In this document: positions 28,822 to 37,355 of the stretch, in pieces
How the letters are laid out: each line of letters opens with the position of its first letter
Position numbering within the stretch: position 1 is the first letter of the stretch
NCBI GenBank assembly: GCA_963780685.1
Contig: CAWACZ010000004.1
Span: 71,879-135,878, forward strand
Source: an uncultured Acidobacteriota bacterium
Lineage (GTDB): Bacteria; Acidobacteriota; Vicinamibacteria; Vicinamibacterales; CAVVIG01
Direction of reading: 5' to 3'
DNA length: 64,000 bases
Position numbers and translations under genes: made by a program
The notes under the pieces: generated by a model
Seen by the model: only the letters and a program-made list of their open reading frames with translations
Told to the model about the DNA's origin: nothing
The model's database searches: none

Positions 28822-28864
28822 CGCAGGGTACGATCGTTGAGGTGATGAGGGCACCCACTCCCCC

Positions 28865-31213
28865 ATGATCCTTGCCGTCGCCATCACGCCGCCTTTCCTC
28901 GTCCAATCCGTCGTCATCGTCGTCGCGGCGGCGGTGATTGCCTACATCAGCCAGCGGCTCGGCCTCGTGCCAATCGTTGGATTCCTCGTCGCCGGCGTCG
29001 TCATCGGCCCGCACGCGCTCAAGCTGGTCGAGGACCTCGAGCTCGTGAATGCCGCGGCCGAGATCGGCGTCATCCTCTTGTTGTTCACAATCGGCATCGA
29101 GTTCAGCCTCGAGAAGCTCGCTCGTATCAAGCGACTCATCTTCGGCGGCGGCACGCTGCAGGTGGCTCTCGCGACCCTCGGCGTCTTTGGAGCGCTCGCC
29201 GCGTTCGGCGTCGACTGGCGGGCCGCCGTCTTTACCGGCCTCCTCGTTTCCCTCTCGTCGACGGCGATCGTGCTCAAACTGCTGGCCGATCGAGACGAAG
29301 CAGCCACGACTCATGGGCAGGTCACGCTCGGCCTTCTCATTTTCCAGGATCTCGCCGTCATCGTGATGGTGCTGGTCGTGCCGATGCTCAGTAGTGGCGG
29401 AGGATCGGGGGCCGGCATCATCTGGGCACTGGCGAAGGCCCTGGCGCTGATTCTTGTCGTGTTGCTCGTCGCGCGGCGGCTCATGCCTCCCGTGCTCGAG
29501 CGCGTTGCCCTCACCTGCTCGCCGGAGCTCTTCCTCCTCACCGTCGTCGCCATCTGTCTCGGGACGGCGTGGCTGAGCAGCATCGTAGGCATCAGTCTCT
29601 CGCTCGGCGCGTTCCTCGCCGGCCTCATTGTCAGCGAAAGCCGATTCAGCCATCACGCTTTCGGCGAAATCATGCCGCTGCAGATCCTTTTCACTGCCAT
29701 GTTCTTCGTATCCGTCGGCATGCTGCTGGACGTTAGTTTCCTGCTGCGCAATCTTCCGCTCGTCGTCGCCGCGGTTGCGATCGTCCTCCTGGTCAAGGTG
29801 CTGACGACGGCGGGCAGCGTGTTGGCGTTGGGGTACGAGGGGCCGGTGGCGGCCGCATCCGCCTTCACACTTGCGCAGGTCGGCGAGTTCTCGTTCGTTC
29901 TGGAGCGCGCCGGGCGCGAGGTCGGATTGTCGCCGGCCGGGCTCGGCGAGACCGGCTCGCAGACGTTCATCGCGTCCACGGTCCTGCTGATGGTCGCAAC
30001 GCCGCAGCTGACCAACCTTGGTGCGCGCCTCGGCGAGAAGCTTCACCGGCAGCAGCGCCGTGCGGCAGCGGAAGCGGCGGCTGCCCGCCCCGACGTATCA
30101 GCGGATACCTTTCGCCACCTCGAGCATCACGTCATCGTCGCCGGCTATGGAGAAGCCGCGCGACAGCTCGTCCGGGTCCTGCACGGGTCACGGGTTCCGT
30201 TCATCATTACGACCCTCAGTCCCGGCGGCGCAAACGAGGCCGAGGCGAACGGGCTCCCGGTCCTGCGCGGCGATTCCGCCCGATCGCACACGCTGGAGCG
30301 CGCGGGGATCGAGCGCGCCAAGGCTGTCGTCGTCGCCGACGATGATCCGGCGACGGCGCTGCGCATCGTCGCGGTGGCTCGGTCCCTCGCGCCCACTGCG
30401 CGTATCATCGTGAGGACCCGGTATCAGTCGGACGCGAGCGCATTGACCGTGGAGGGGACCGATCGCGTGGTGGTCGACGAATTGGAGAGCGTCGTGCAAC
30501 TGTTCGCCGACGTTTTGCGGAACTACAGGATCTCCGCCGAAGAGATCGAAGCGCACGAGGAGGCCATTCGGGCCGGCGGCTACGCGGCGCTCCGCGAAGC
30601 GTCGGACCGGCCGGTCGTCGAGTGCGATATCGACGGCCGGTGTCTCGACACCCGAACCGTGAGTCTTCGTGAAGGGGCGCAAGTCATTGGCATGTCTCCG
30701 GAGTACCTGGCATCGACGTTCGGTCTCGCGGTCAGCGCCGTGGAGCGCAACGGTCGCTCCGTTGACCTCGGAGAGTCGACGACGTTCATGCCGAACGACG
30801 TCGTGACGATTGGCGGTTCGGCCGGCGCCTTTGCCGACGCCGCCCCGATGTTCAGGACGATGACCACGGGAGAGGTGCCGCCGATCGTCGCCGATCAAGC
30901 GGCGCGCATCAGGCAAGACATCGATGCCGAGACGCCTGTTTCATTCACGCCGAGTCCGCAGGGGCCTTGCAGCCATCTGGATCAGATCCGTCCCGTACGC
31001 CCCAGCGCGCGCGGTTGTGAAGACTGCCTGCGAATCGGCGACCGCTGGGTCCATCTGCGGATCTGTCTGTCATGCGGGCACGTCGGCTGCTGCGACAGCT
31101 CGAAGAACAAGCACGCCACCAAGCACTACCACGGAACCGGGCATCCGATCGTCCGTTCCATGGAGCGCGGCGAGGACTGGGGATGGTGCTACGTCGACGA
31201 GGTCATGCTGTAA
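28865..31213 (+). CDS. Kef-type monovalent cation:proton antiporter (CPA2) fused to RCK (TrkA-N/TrkA-C) domains and a C-terminal UBP-type zinc finger
   Basis: Membrane domain ISQRLGLVPIVGFLVAGVVIGPH..., RCK HHVIVAGYGEAARQLVRVL..., C-terminus CSHLDQIRPVRPSARGCEDCLRIGDRWVHLRICLSCGHVGCCDSSKNKHATKHYHGTGHPIV (zf-UBP Cys/His pattern). 782 aa intact. Confidence 0.85.
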   Translation: MILAVAITPPFLVQSVVIVVAAAVIAYISQRLGLVPIVGFLVAGVVIGPHALKLVEDLELVNAAAEIGVILLLFTIGIEFSLEKLARIKRLIFGGGTLQVALATLGVFGALAAFGVDWRAAVFTGLLVSLSSTAIVLKLLADRDEAATTHGQVTLGLLIFQDLAVIVMVLVVPMLSSGGGSGAGIIWALAKALALILVVLLVARRLMPPVLERVALTCSPELFLLTVVAICLGTAWLSSIVGISLSLGAFLAGLIVSESRFSHHAFGEIMPLQILFTAMFFVSVGMLLDVSFLLRNLPLVVAAVAIVLLVKVLTTAGSVLALGYEGPVAAASAFTLAQVGEFSFVLERAGREVGLSPAGLGETGSQTFIASTVLLMVATPQLTNLGARLGEKLHRQQRRAAAEAAAARPDVSADTFRHLEHHVIVAGYGEAARQLVRVLHGSRVPFIITTLSPGGANEAEANGLPVLRGDSARSHTLERAGIERAKAVVVADDDPATALRIVAVARSLAPTARIIVRTRYQSDASALTVEGTDRVVVDELESVVQLFADVLRNYRISAEEIEAHEEAIRAGGYAALREASDRPVVECDIDGRCLDTRTVSLREGAQVIGMSPEYLASTFGLAVSAVERNGRSVDLGESTTFMPNDVVTIGGSAGAFADAAPMFRTMTTGEVPPIVADQAARIRQDIDAETPVSFTPSPQGPCSHLDQIRPVRPSARGCEDCLRIGDRWVHLRICLSCGHVGCCDSSKNKHATKHYHGTGHPIVRSMERGEDWGWCYVDEVML

Positions 31214-31421
31214 CGGCACCGACGTCGTCGGACGTGCTTCTGGCCTCTGAGCTATTTGTTCCTCCGCGTCCTCGGCGTCCTCTGCGGTTGCATGTGGAAC
31301 CGCTTTGGCGGAATTCTCCCCCGATCCGTCTGACCGATTCTTCAGACAATCTTCAGGCTCGCGTAGGACGGGAACCTCGTATGCTGACCGGCAGTCGAAG
31401 TCGGGTGACTCAGGAGGTTCC

Positions 31422-31787
31422 ATGAGACGCACGCTCTCTGTTGTCCTTGGCGTCGTCGTCCTGGCAGGCGGATCGGTATTCGGGCACCACTCGTACGCCG
31501 AGTTCCTCGTCAATCAGACGGTGTCGATTGAAGGGGAGCTCGAAGACCTTGCATACGCCAACCCGCACGTCGTGCTGACGGTTCGAACCGCTGACTCCGC
31601 GAGGTACACCGCCGTTTGGCGCAGCGTCTTTCAGCTTTCACGGACGGGTGTGACCAGTACCACGCTCAGAGTCGGAGACCACATCGTCGTGAGTGGCAGT
31701 CCATCGCGCGACGCGGAGATGCGTGGGTTGTCGTTGTTGAGGGAAATACGCCGCCCGGCGGACGGATGGCGGTGGTCTCGAAATTAA
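31422..31787 (+). CDS. small secreted DUF6152-like protein
   Basis: AGGAGG 5 nt before the ATG. MRRTLSVVLGVVVLAGGSVFGHHSYAEF...ANPHVVLTV...VGDHIVVSGSPSRD matches my recollection of the DUF6152 pattern (signal, HHS, NPH). Confidence 0.6.
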   Translation: MRRTLSVVLGVVVLAGGSVFGHHSYAEFLVNQTVSIEGELEDLAYANPHVVLTVRTADSARYTAVWRSVFQLSRTGVTSTTLRVGDHIVVSGSPSRDAEMRGLSLLREIRRPADGWRWSRN

Positions 31788-32418
31788 TCCCTGGAGCCCT
31801 GGAGGCAGGTGCGTTGACGGAGCCGCCGTCGGTCCGGAGGACGCTCGCGCGGTCAACCTCCCCTACAGCGCTGGAACTCACGGTCTGCACGCGGCCTGGG
31901 GTCACCCGTGCGACAGCCCCAATCGGTTGGGCACCATTTCGGGATCCGAGCGATCGGGGCGAATCAGTGGCCGCGTGCGTGCTCCCGCTTTCGGCGAGGT
32001 TGACCGACTGACGCGCGCGCGCGCTCGGTCCTACGGACCGCCGTCGTCTCCGTCAGCACACCTGCCCTGTCGGTGAGAGCCACCTTCCCTCCGGATGGCA
32101 CTTGTGTTGGCGCAGCTGTGGCGGGAAGCCCTGTGAAGGTGGCCGACGCGATCGCCTGACCGCGCGAGAAGGCGCAGGGGAGCCGCGAGGCTGAGCGCCG
32201 GCCCGAATGAGCTTGACCTTGCAGGTGGGGGTGGAGCGTTCGCGCAGCGAACGCCAAGGGCGCGACCCTCGCGTCACACGGCCCGCACCGGCCCTCGCAG
32301 CGCGGTCCGGCCACCGAAACCGGGATTCACGCCACAGCTGCGCCAACGCAAGGCACGCCTCCACCGCGTCGGTCGTGTTACGCTTGGCCGATGACTCTCA
32401 TCGCCAAGGAACATACCG

Positions 32419-32685
32419 ATGTGTCGAAATATCAAGACGCTCGCCAATTTTGAGCCGCCGGCGACCGAGGAGGAAATCCGCGCGTCGGCCCTTCAGTTCG
32501 TTCGGAAATTGAGCGGAACCGCTCGTCCGTCGCGGGCCAATCTCGTCGCGTTCGACCACGCTGTCGAGGAAGTGACCGCCGCCGCCATCAAGTTGATCGG
32601 GTCGCTCACCACGAGCGCGCCGCCCCGAAATCGCGAAATCGAAGCCCAAAAGGCCCAAGAGCGCGCACGCGAGCGGTTCGCGTAA
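32419..32685 (+). CDS. DUF2277 family protein
   Basis: MCRNIKTLANFEPPATEEEIRASALQFVRKLSG is the characteristic DUF2277 N-terminus. Confidence 0.8.
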   Translation: MCRNIKTLANFEPPATEEEIRASALQFVRKLSGTARPSRANLVAFDHAVEEVTAAAIKLIGSLTTSAPPRNREIEAQKAQERARERFA

Positions 32686-32690
32686 CCAAC

Positions 32691-32727
32691 CCTCCTGCCC
32701 TTCCTGCCCCTCCTGCCCTTCCTGCCT
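32691..32727. repeat. four tandem 9-mers (CCTCCTGCC CTTCCTGCC CCTCCTGCC CTTCCTGCC); G-quadruplex-type motif on the minus strand
   Basis: Fills almost all of the 44-nt spacer between convergent stops (32685 and 32730). The minus strand reads GGCAGGAAGGGCAGGAGGGGCAGGAAGGGCAGGAGGG, i.e. G3-N5-G4-N6-G3-N5-G3. Confidence 0.6.
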
Positions 32728-32729
32728 AA

Positions 32730-35426
32730 CTAGACCCGCAACGCCGACATCGGATCGATGCGCACAGCGCGCCAGGCCGGAATCAGTCCGGCAACGAGCG
32801 CCACGACGACAAATACAACCGAGACGCCCGCAAATGTCGACAGATCTGTGGCGCTGACCTCGAACAGTAGCGTCTCCAGCAAACGTGTCAGCGCGAAGGC
32901 GCCTGCCAGACCACACGTGACGCCGATCAGTGTGAGACGCGCTGCCTGTCCCAGAACGAGGAGCAGGACGTCATTCGGTTTTGCGCCCAGCGCGCGACGA
33001 ATGCCGATTTCAGTTGTCCGTTGCGCGACCGAATACGCCAGGACCCCATAGATTCCCACCACGACGAGCAACAGTGCAGCGCCCGCAAACAGGTTGAGCA
33101 GTCGCGCGGCCAGGTGGCGTTGCCCCACGAAGGATTCGGAGACCTCGTCCATCAGGCGGATGTCGGCCACCGATTGGCCGGGATCGACCGCCTGCACTTC
33201 GGCTCGTATCGCCGCCGCCGCGGTTGACACATCACCGCCCGTGCGAACCGCCAGATATGCCGTCTGCGGCGGGTACAGGACGTTGGGGAGATAGAACTGA
33301 GGATTCGCGGCGCGTATCGGCCCGAGCTCGCGGACATCCGCCGCCACGCCGACAATCTCGAGCGGACCGTTGCCGGCAATCAGCGGGCGCAGGATCGGCA
33401 CCAGCAGCCGCTGGCCCACCGGATCGGGTCCACCCGGATAGCCCGGCCAGACGAGGCGCGCGAGAGTTTCGTTGATGATCGCCACCGGCGGCGCGCCGCC
33501 GACGTTGTCGCGCGCGACGAAATCTCGTCCACGTTTCAACGGGATCCCGAGGACCTTGAAATAGCCAGGCGTAATGCTTTGCACTCCCACGGCAAGGTGG
33601 CCAGGCGCTGCGATTTCGAACCCGACAACCTGGACGTTGGTCGCCAATCCACCGGTCGTCATCGGGAGCGACCTCGCGACCGCCGCGCCGCGCACACCGG
33701 GTAACCTCTCCACACGGTTCACCATTTCTTCAAAGAAACGTCCGCGCTTTTCAGGCGTGTCATACCGCATCGGCGGCAGCGGAATTCGCATCGTCAGGAG
33801 GCCGTCCGGCCGAAATCCCGGATCGACGCCTGCCAACCGAGCCAGGCTTTTCATCATGAGGGCCGCGCCGATCAGCAGCACCATCGAAAGGGCGACCTGG
33901 GTGACGACAAGCGCCCCGCGCGTGCGGAGGCCCAGGGTTCCCCGACTCCCGAGCGCGCCCGAGTCTGCGGGGCCACTCTGGCGCAGCCGGTCGACGAGGC
34001 CCGGCCGGAGGATCTGCAACGCTGGAACAGTGCCGAACACGGCGCCAGTCGCCATCGAGATTCCCACGGTGAACGCGAGCACGACGCCGCTCATGTGGAT
34101 TTCGTCGACACGCGGCAACTCGAAGATGGTCATTCGACTCACGACACCGAGGGCGATCCACGCGAGCAGGAGGCCTGACACCCCGCCGGCCAGCGCGAGC
34201 ACGAGACTTTCCGTCAGCAACTGGCGGAACAGGCGTCCCCGCGCGGCTCCGATCGCCGCCCTCACCGCGAGCTCGCGAGCGCGCGAAGTCGTCCGGGCCA
34301 TCAACAGCGTCGCCACGTTCGCGCAGGCAATCAGCAGCACGAGCGCGACCGCGCCGAGGAGCATCCACAGCATCGCGTTCACGCGCGTCGTCAATTCGTC
34401 CTTCAGCCGCGTCGGGCGCAGAGGCCCGACGTCGAGGTTTCCGTGGATGTTCCTTCGCGTAACGCTCGCTCAGGACGTCCAGTTCTGCGCTGCCTGCGCC
34501 AGGGTGACGCCCGGCTTCAAGCGAGCAAACGCCATCAACGGAACGCAACAGGCCCGGAACTGCGGAGCCACGAGCGTCGACTGATTCGGCCGGGTGAACC
34601 ACACGTCGACCTTCGACGAAGGAAATTGAAACGCCGGCGGAAGCACGCCGACAATCGTGTACGGCGTCGCGTTGAACGTGACGGTCTCCCCCACGACCGA
34701 CAGGTCGGCACCAAACCGGCGCCGCCACAGATTCGTACTGATGATCGCGACCGGTGGGCCGCCCGGTCGATCTTCCTCGGAAGAAAACCCCCTGCCCAGC
34801 TGCGGCCGGACGCCCAGGATCTCGAGAAAGTTCGCTGAAACGCGCGCCCCTTTGAGGGTTTCGGGATCGTCGTTGCCAGAAATCGTCACGTCCTCTACCC
34901 GTGCCAGCAGGAACGCTCCCACGTCGGTAAACGAGCGCGCCGCGTCTCTCAAGGCCTCGACCCGGCTCAACGAGAGCCAGCGCGGCTGGTCGGAGCCAGG
35001 ATTGGCTCTCGCGATGGACACCAGGTTGTCTGGGTCGGGGTAATCGAGCGGCCGAAGAAGGACAGCGTCGATGACCGAAAACATCGCCGTATTCGCACCG
35101 ATGCCCATCGCCAAGGTCAGCACTGCGGCCGCGCCGAACCCCGGGTTCCGGCGGAAGGCGCGCAGCGCGTACCGCACATCCCTCACGAGCTCCTCGAAGA
35201 AAGGCAACCCGCGCACGTCACGATGCTTCTCCCGGAGCTCGGTCGGGCCTCCGAGCTGGAGACGCGCGGCGCGGCGCGCCTCTTCTTCCGACATGCCTCG
35301 CCGCCGGTTTTCGTCGACGAGCATCGCGAGGTGCGCTTCCAGCTCCAAATCCAAATCTCGATCGAGGGGGCCTGGCCTGAGGAAGGCGAATATCCGTGCC
35401 GCCATCCGAGTGAGTGTGGTCAGCAT
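32730..35426 (-). pseudogene. ADOP-family duplicated FtsX/MacB-like permease, interrupted by a compensating pair of frame changes
   Basis: N-terminus MLTTLTRMAARIFAFLRPGPLDRDLDLELEAHLAMLVDENRRRGMSEEEARRAARLQLG is typical of ADOP permeases. Track ORFs 34470..35426 and 32730..34394 are in the same frame, but ELDVLSERYAKEHP (~34440-34487) is in another frame and a TGA (34470) is met in the main frame. Confidence 0.85.
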
Positions 35427-35429
35427 GCG

Positions 35430-35771
35430 TCACCTTTGCGTGGCAAGTCCCAGCAACCGACCAATCACACCAGAGACCCGCTGCCAGTTGTCGGCTTCCG
35501 CGTCCAGTTGCTGGCGGCCGGCCTTCGTGATGGAGTAGAACTTCGCCTTCCGGTTGTTCTCGGATGTGCCCCACTTCGCCGAGATCCAGCGCTTCTGCAC
35601 CAGGCGGATCAGGCAGAGGTAAATCGTGCCCTGGTTCACCAGCAGCGCATCGTCGCTCAGCTGTTCGATGCGGCGGGCGATGCCGTATCCGTGCAGCGGT
35701 CCCATCGCATCCAGCGTTTTCAGCACCATCAGATCGAGAGTGCCCTGGAGAATCGACGATCGAGCTTCCAT
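35430..35771 (-). CDS. PadR family transcriptional regulator
   Basis: ILQGTLDLMVLKTLDAMGPLHGYGIARRIEQLS...NQGTIYLCLIRLVQKRWISAKWGTSENNRKAKFYSIT. ATG at 35771 is 8 nt after GGAG. 4-nt gap to the permease gene downstream. Confidence 0.85.
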   Translation of the reverse strand: MEARSSILQGTLDLMVLKTLDAMGPLHGYGIARRIEQLSDDALLVNQGTIYLCLIRLVQKRWISAKWGTSENNRKAKFYSITKAGRQQLDAEADNWQRVSGVIGRLLGLATQR

Positions 35772-35851
35772 GCCCGCCACTCCTGTGTGATGCCTACAGG
35801 AGTCTCTCGCGTTTCATGTGGGATGTAAAGAGGAAGAAGATGGACCGCCAC

Positions 35852-35879
35852 TTGACACATTCCTATATAGGAATATGAT
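35852..35879 (+). promoter_or_regulatory. promoter candidate TTGACA-N16-TATGAT with a perfect 16-bp palindrome (ATTCCTATATAGGAAT, 35859..35874) in the spacer; likely ArsR-family operator
   Basis: Read directly. The -10 ends 6 nt before the GTG at 35886, so the arsR-like mRNA would be leaderless or nearly so. Confidence 0.45.
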
Positions 35880-35885
35880 GTCCAT

Positions 35886-36206
35886 GTGCCTCGCGCTGCC
35901 ACGAACTCGGATGTGTTCAACGCCGTCGCCGAACCTCAGCGGCGGGCGATTCTCCACTTCCTGGCGGGCGAGGCGCGTCCCGTCGGCGACATTGTTGCAG
36001 CGCTGGAACTGGCGCAACCGTCTGTTTCCAAGCATCTCCGCGTGCTTCGGGAAGTCGGCCTCGTCGAGGCGCGGCGGGACGGTCGGCAGATGTTCTATCG
36101 AACCAACCCCGAGGGGATCAGGCCGCTCCACGAATGGACGAGCCAATTCGAACGCTACTGGCGAAACCAGCTCACGCGCATCAAGGAACGCGCCGAGCGC
36201 GGTTGA
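35886..36206 (+). CDS. ArsR/SmtB family transcriptional regulator
   Basis: VFNAVAEPQRRAILHFLAGEARPVGDIVAALELAQPSVSKHLRVLREVGLV (wHTH). Confidence 0.85.
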   Translation: MPRAATNSDVFNAVAEPQRRAILHFLAGEARPVGDIVAALELAQPSVSKHLRVLREVGLVEARRDGRQMFYRTNPEGIRPLHEWTSQFERYWRNQLTRIKERAERG

Positions 36207-36232
36207 CGCCGCATTCAACACAGGAGGCAACC

Positions 36233-36682
36233 ATGCCCGCAGTCGCTCCAGCAATCGACAATCTGACGCTCAACATCACCCAGGAGATTCTCGTCCGATC
36301 AACGCTCGAGAAGGCGTTTGCCGCGCTGCTCGAACAGATGGGCCCGGAAAACGTCGGGTACGAAAACAGGCCGATGCCGATGAAAATCGAACCCTGGCCG
36401 GGCGGGCGGTGGTTCCGCGATCTCGGCGACGACAATGGCCACTTCTGGGGGCAAGTCCAAGCCATCAAGCGGCCGACTCTGCTCGAGATCACCGGACCGC
36501 TGATGTTGTCGAACCCCGTACTCTCGAACGTCCAGTACCGCCTGAAGGAAGTCGACGGAGGAACGTTGATCACGCTCCGCCACACGGCGTTCGGCACGAT
36601 TCAGGATGACTACCGCGAGGGACTTGGACAGGGCTGGACAAACATGCTCGCTCGCGTCCGGAAACAGGCCGAAGCTGCGTGA
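36233..36682 (+). CDS. SRPBCC/AHSA1-domain protein (usual ArsR partner)
   Basis: AGGAGG 5 nt before the ATG. ...RSTLEKAFAALLEQMG...WPGGRWFRDLGDDNGHFWGQVQAIKRP... Confidence 0.8.
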   Translation: MPAVAPAIDNLTLNITQEILVRSTLEKAFAALLEQMGPENVGYENRPMPMKIEPWPGGRWFRDLGDDNGHFWGQVQAIKRPTLLEITGPLMLSNPVLSNVQYRLKEVDGGTLITLRHTAFGTIQDDYREGLGQGWTNMLARVRKQAEAA

Positions 36683-36813
36683 CATCTCCACCACGGAGGA
36701 CACTGGGGACACGGAGGTCAAGCCTAAACGGAAGTCACTTCTTCACTGACGTGTCCTTCACATCACACAGGAATTCTGCAACGTGGTCTCACGTGCAAGA
36801 TGGAGGTCGACCA

Positions 36814-37314
36814 ATGCCAATCATCGATGGATTGTTGCAAGAGCTAGAACAGGAAGCCCAGACGACGCGGCGTGTGCTCGAGCGCGTTCCCGACAATCAG
36901 CTGGCCTGGCGGCCGCACGAAAAGGCGAGGACGCTCGGTGAGCTGGCGCTGCATGTCGCGACGGTACCGGGTGGAGTGGCCCAGGTCGCCGTATCTCCGT
37001 CTCCGTTTCAAGCGCCCAACTTCACCGACCCCAGCCCGAAAAGCGCTGCGGAGCTCGTTCCGGCACTCGACGAGAGCATCAAAACTGCGAAGAAGCTGCT
37101 CGGGGGCGTAGACGACGCATTCCTCATGTCGACGTGGCGAATGGTGCAGGGCAGCCGCGAGCTGTTCGCGGTTCCCCGGGTGGCGCTCCTGCGGTCGATC
37201 ATGCTGAACCACTGGTACCACCACCGGGGCCAGTTGACCGTGTATCTACGCGAGCTCAACGTGCCCATCCCGTCGATCTACGGCCCGAGCGCGGACGAGA
37301 ATCCGTTCGCCTGA
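36814..37314 (+). CDS. DinB family protein
   Basis: GGAGG upstream. LERVPDNQLAWRPHEKARTLGELALHV ... NHWYHHRGQLTVYLR. Confidence 0.8.
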   Translation: MPIIDGLLQELEQEAQTTRRVLERVPDNQLAWRPHEKARTLGELALHVATVPGGVAQVAVSPSPFQAPNFTDPSPKSAAELVPALDESIKTAKKLLGGVDDAFLMSTWRMVQGSRELFAVPRVALLRSIMLNHWYHHRGQLTVYLRELNVPIPSIYGPSADENPFA

Positions 37315-37355
37315 TCCGAAGGTGAGATGAAGCTGGCTTGGATCCTCGATCGGCG

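Noticed and set aside
28391-30046. 551-aa minus-strand ORF
   Set aside because: Antisense to the Kef-type transporter. It is Arg/Asp/Glu-rich nonsense with no recognisable motifs.
32691-32727. CRISPR array (also considered for 10087..10128 and 11524..11551)
   Set aside because: The repeat units are only 5-9 nt and have no spacers, and there are no cas genes. These are microsatellite-like tandem motifs.
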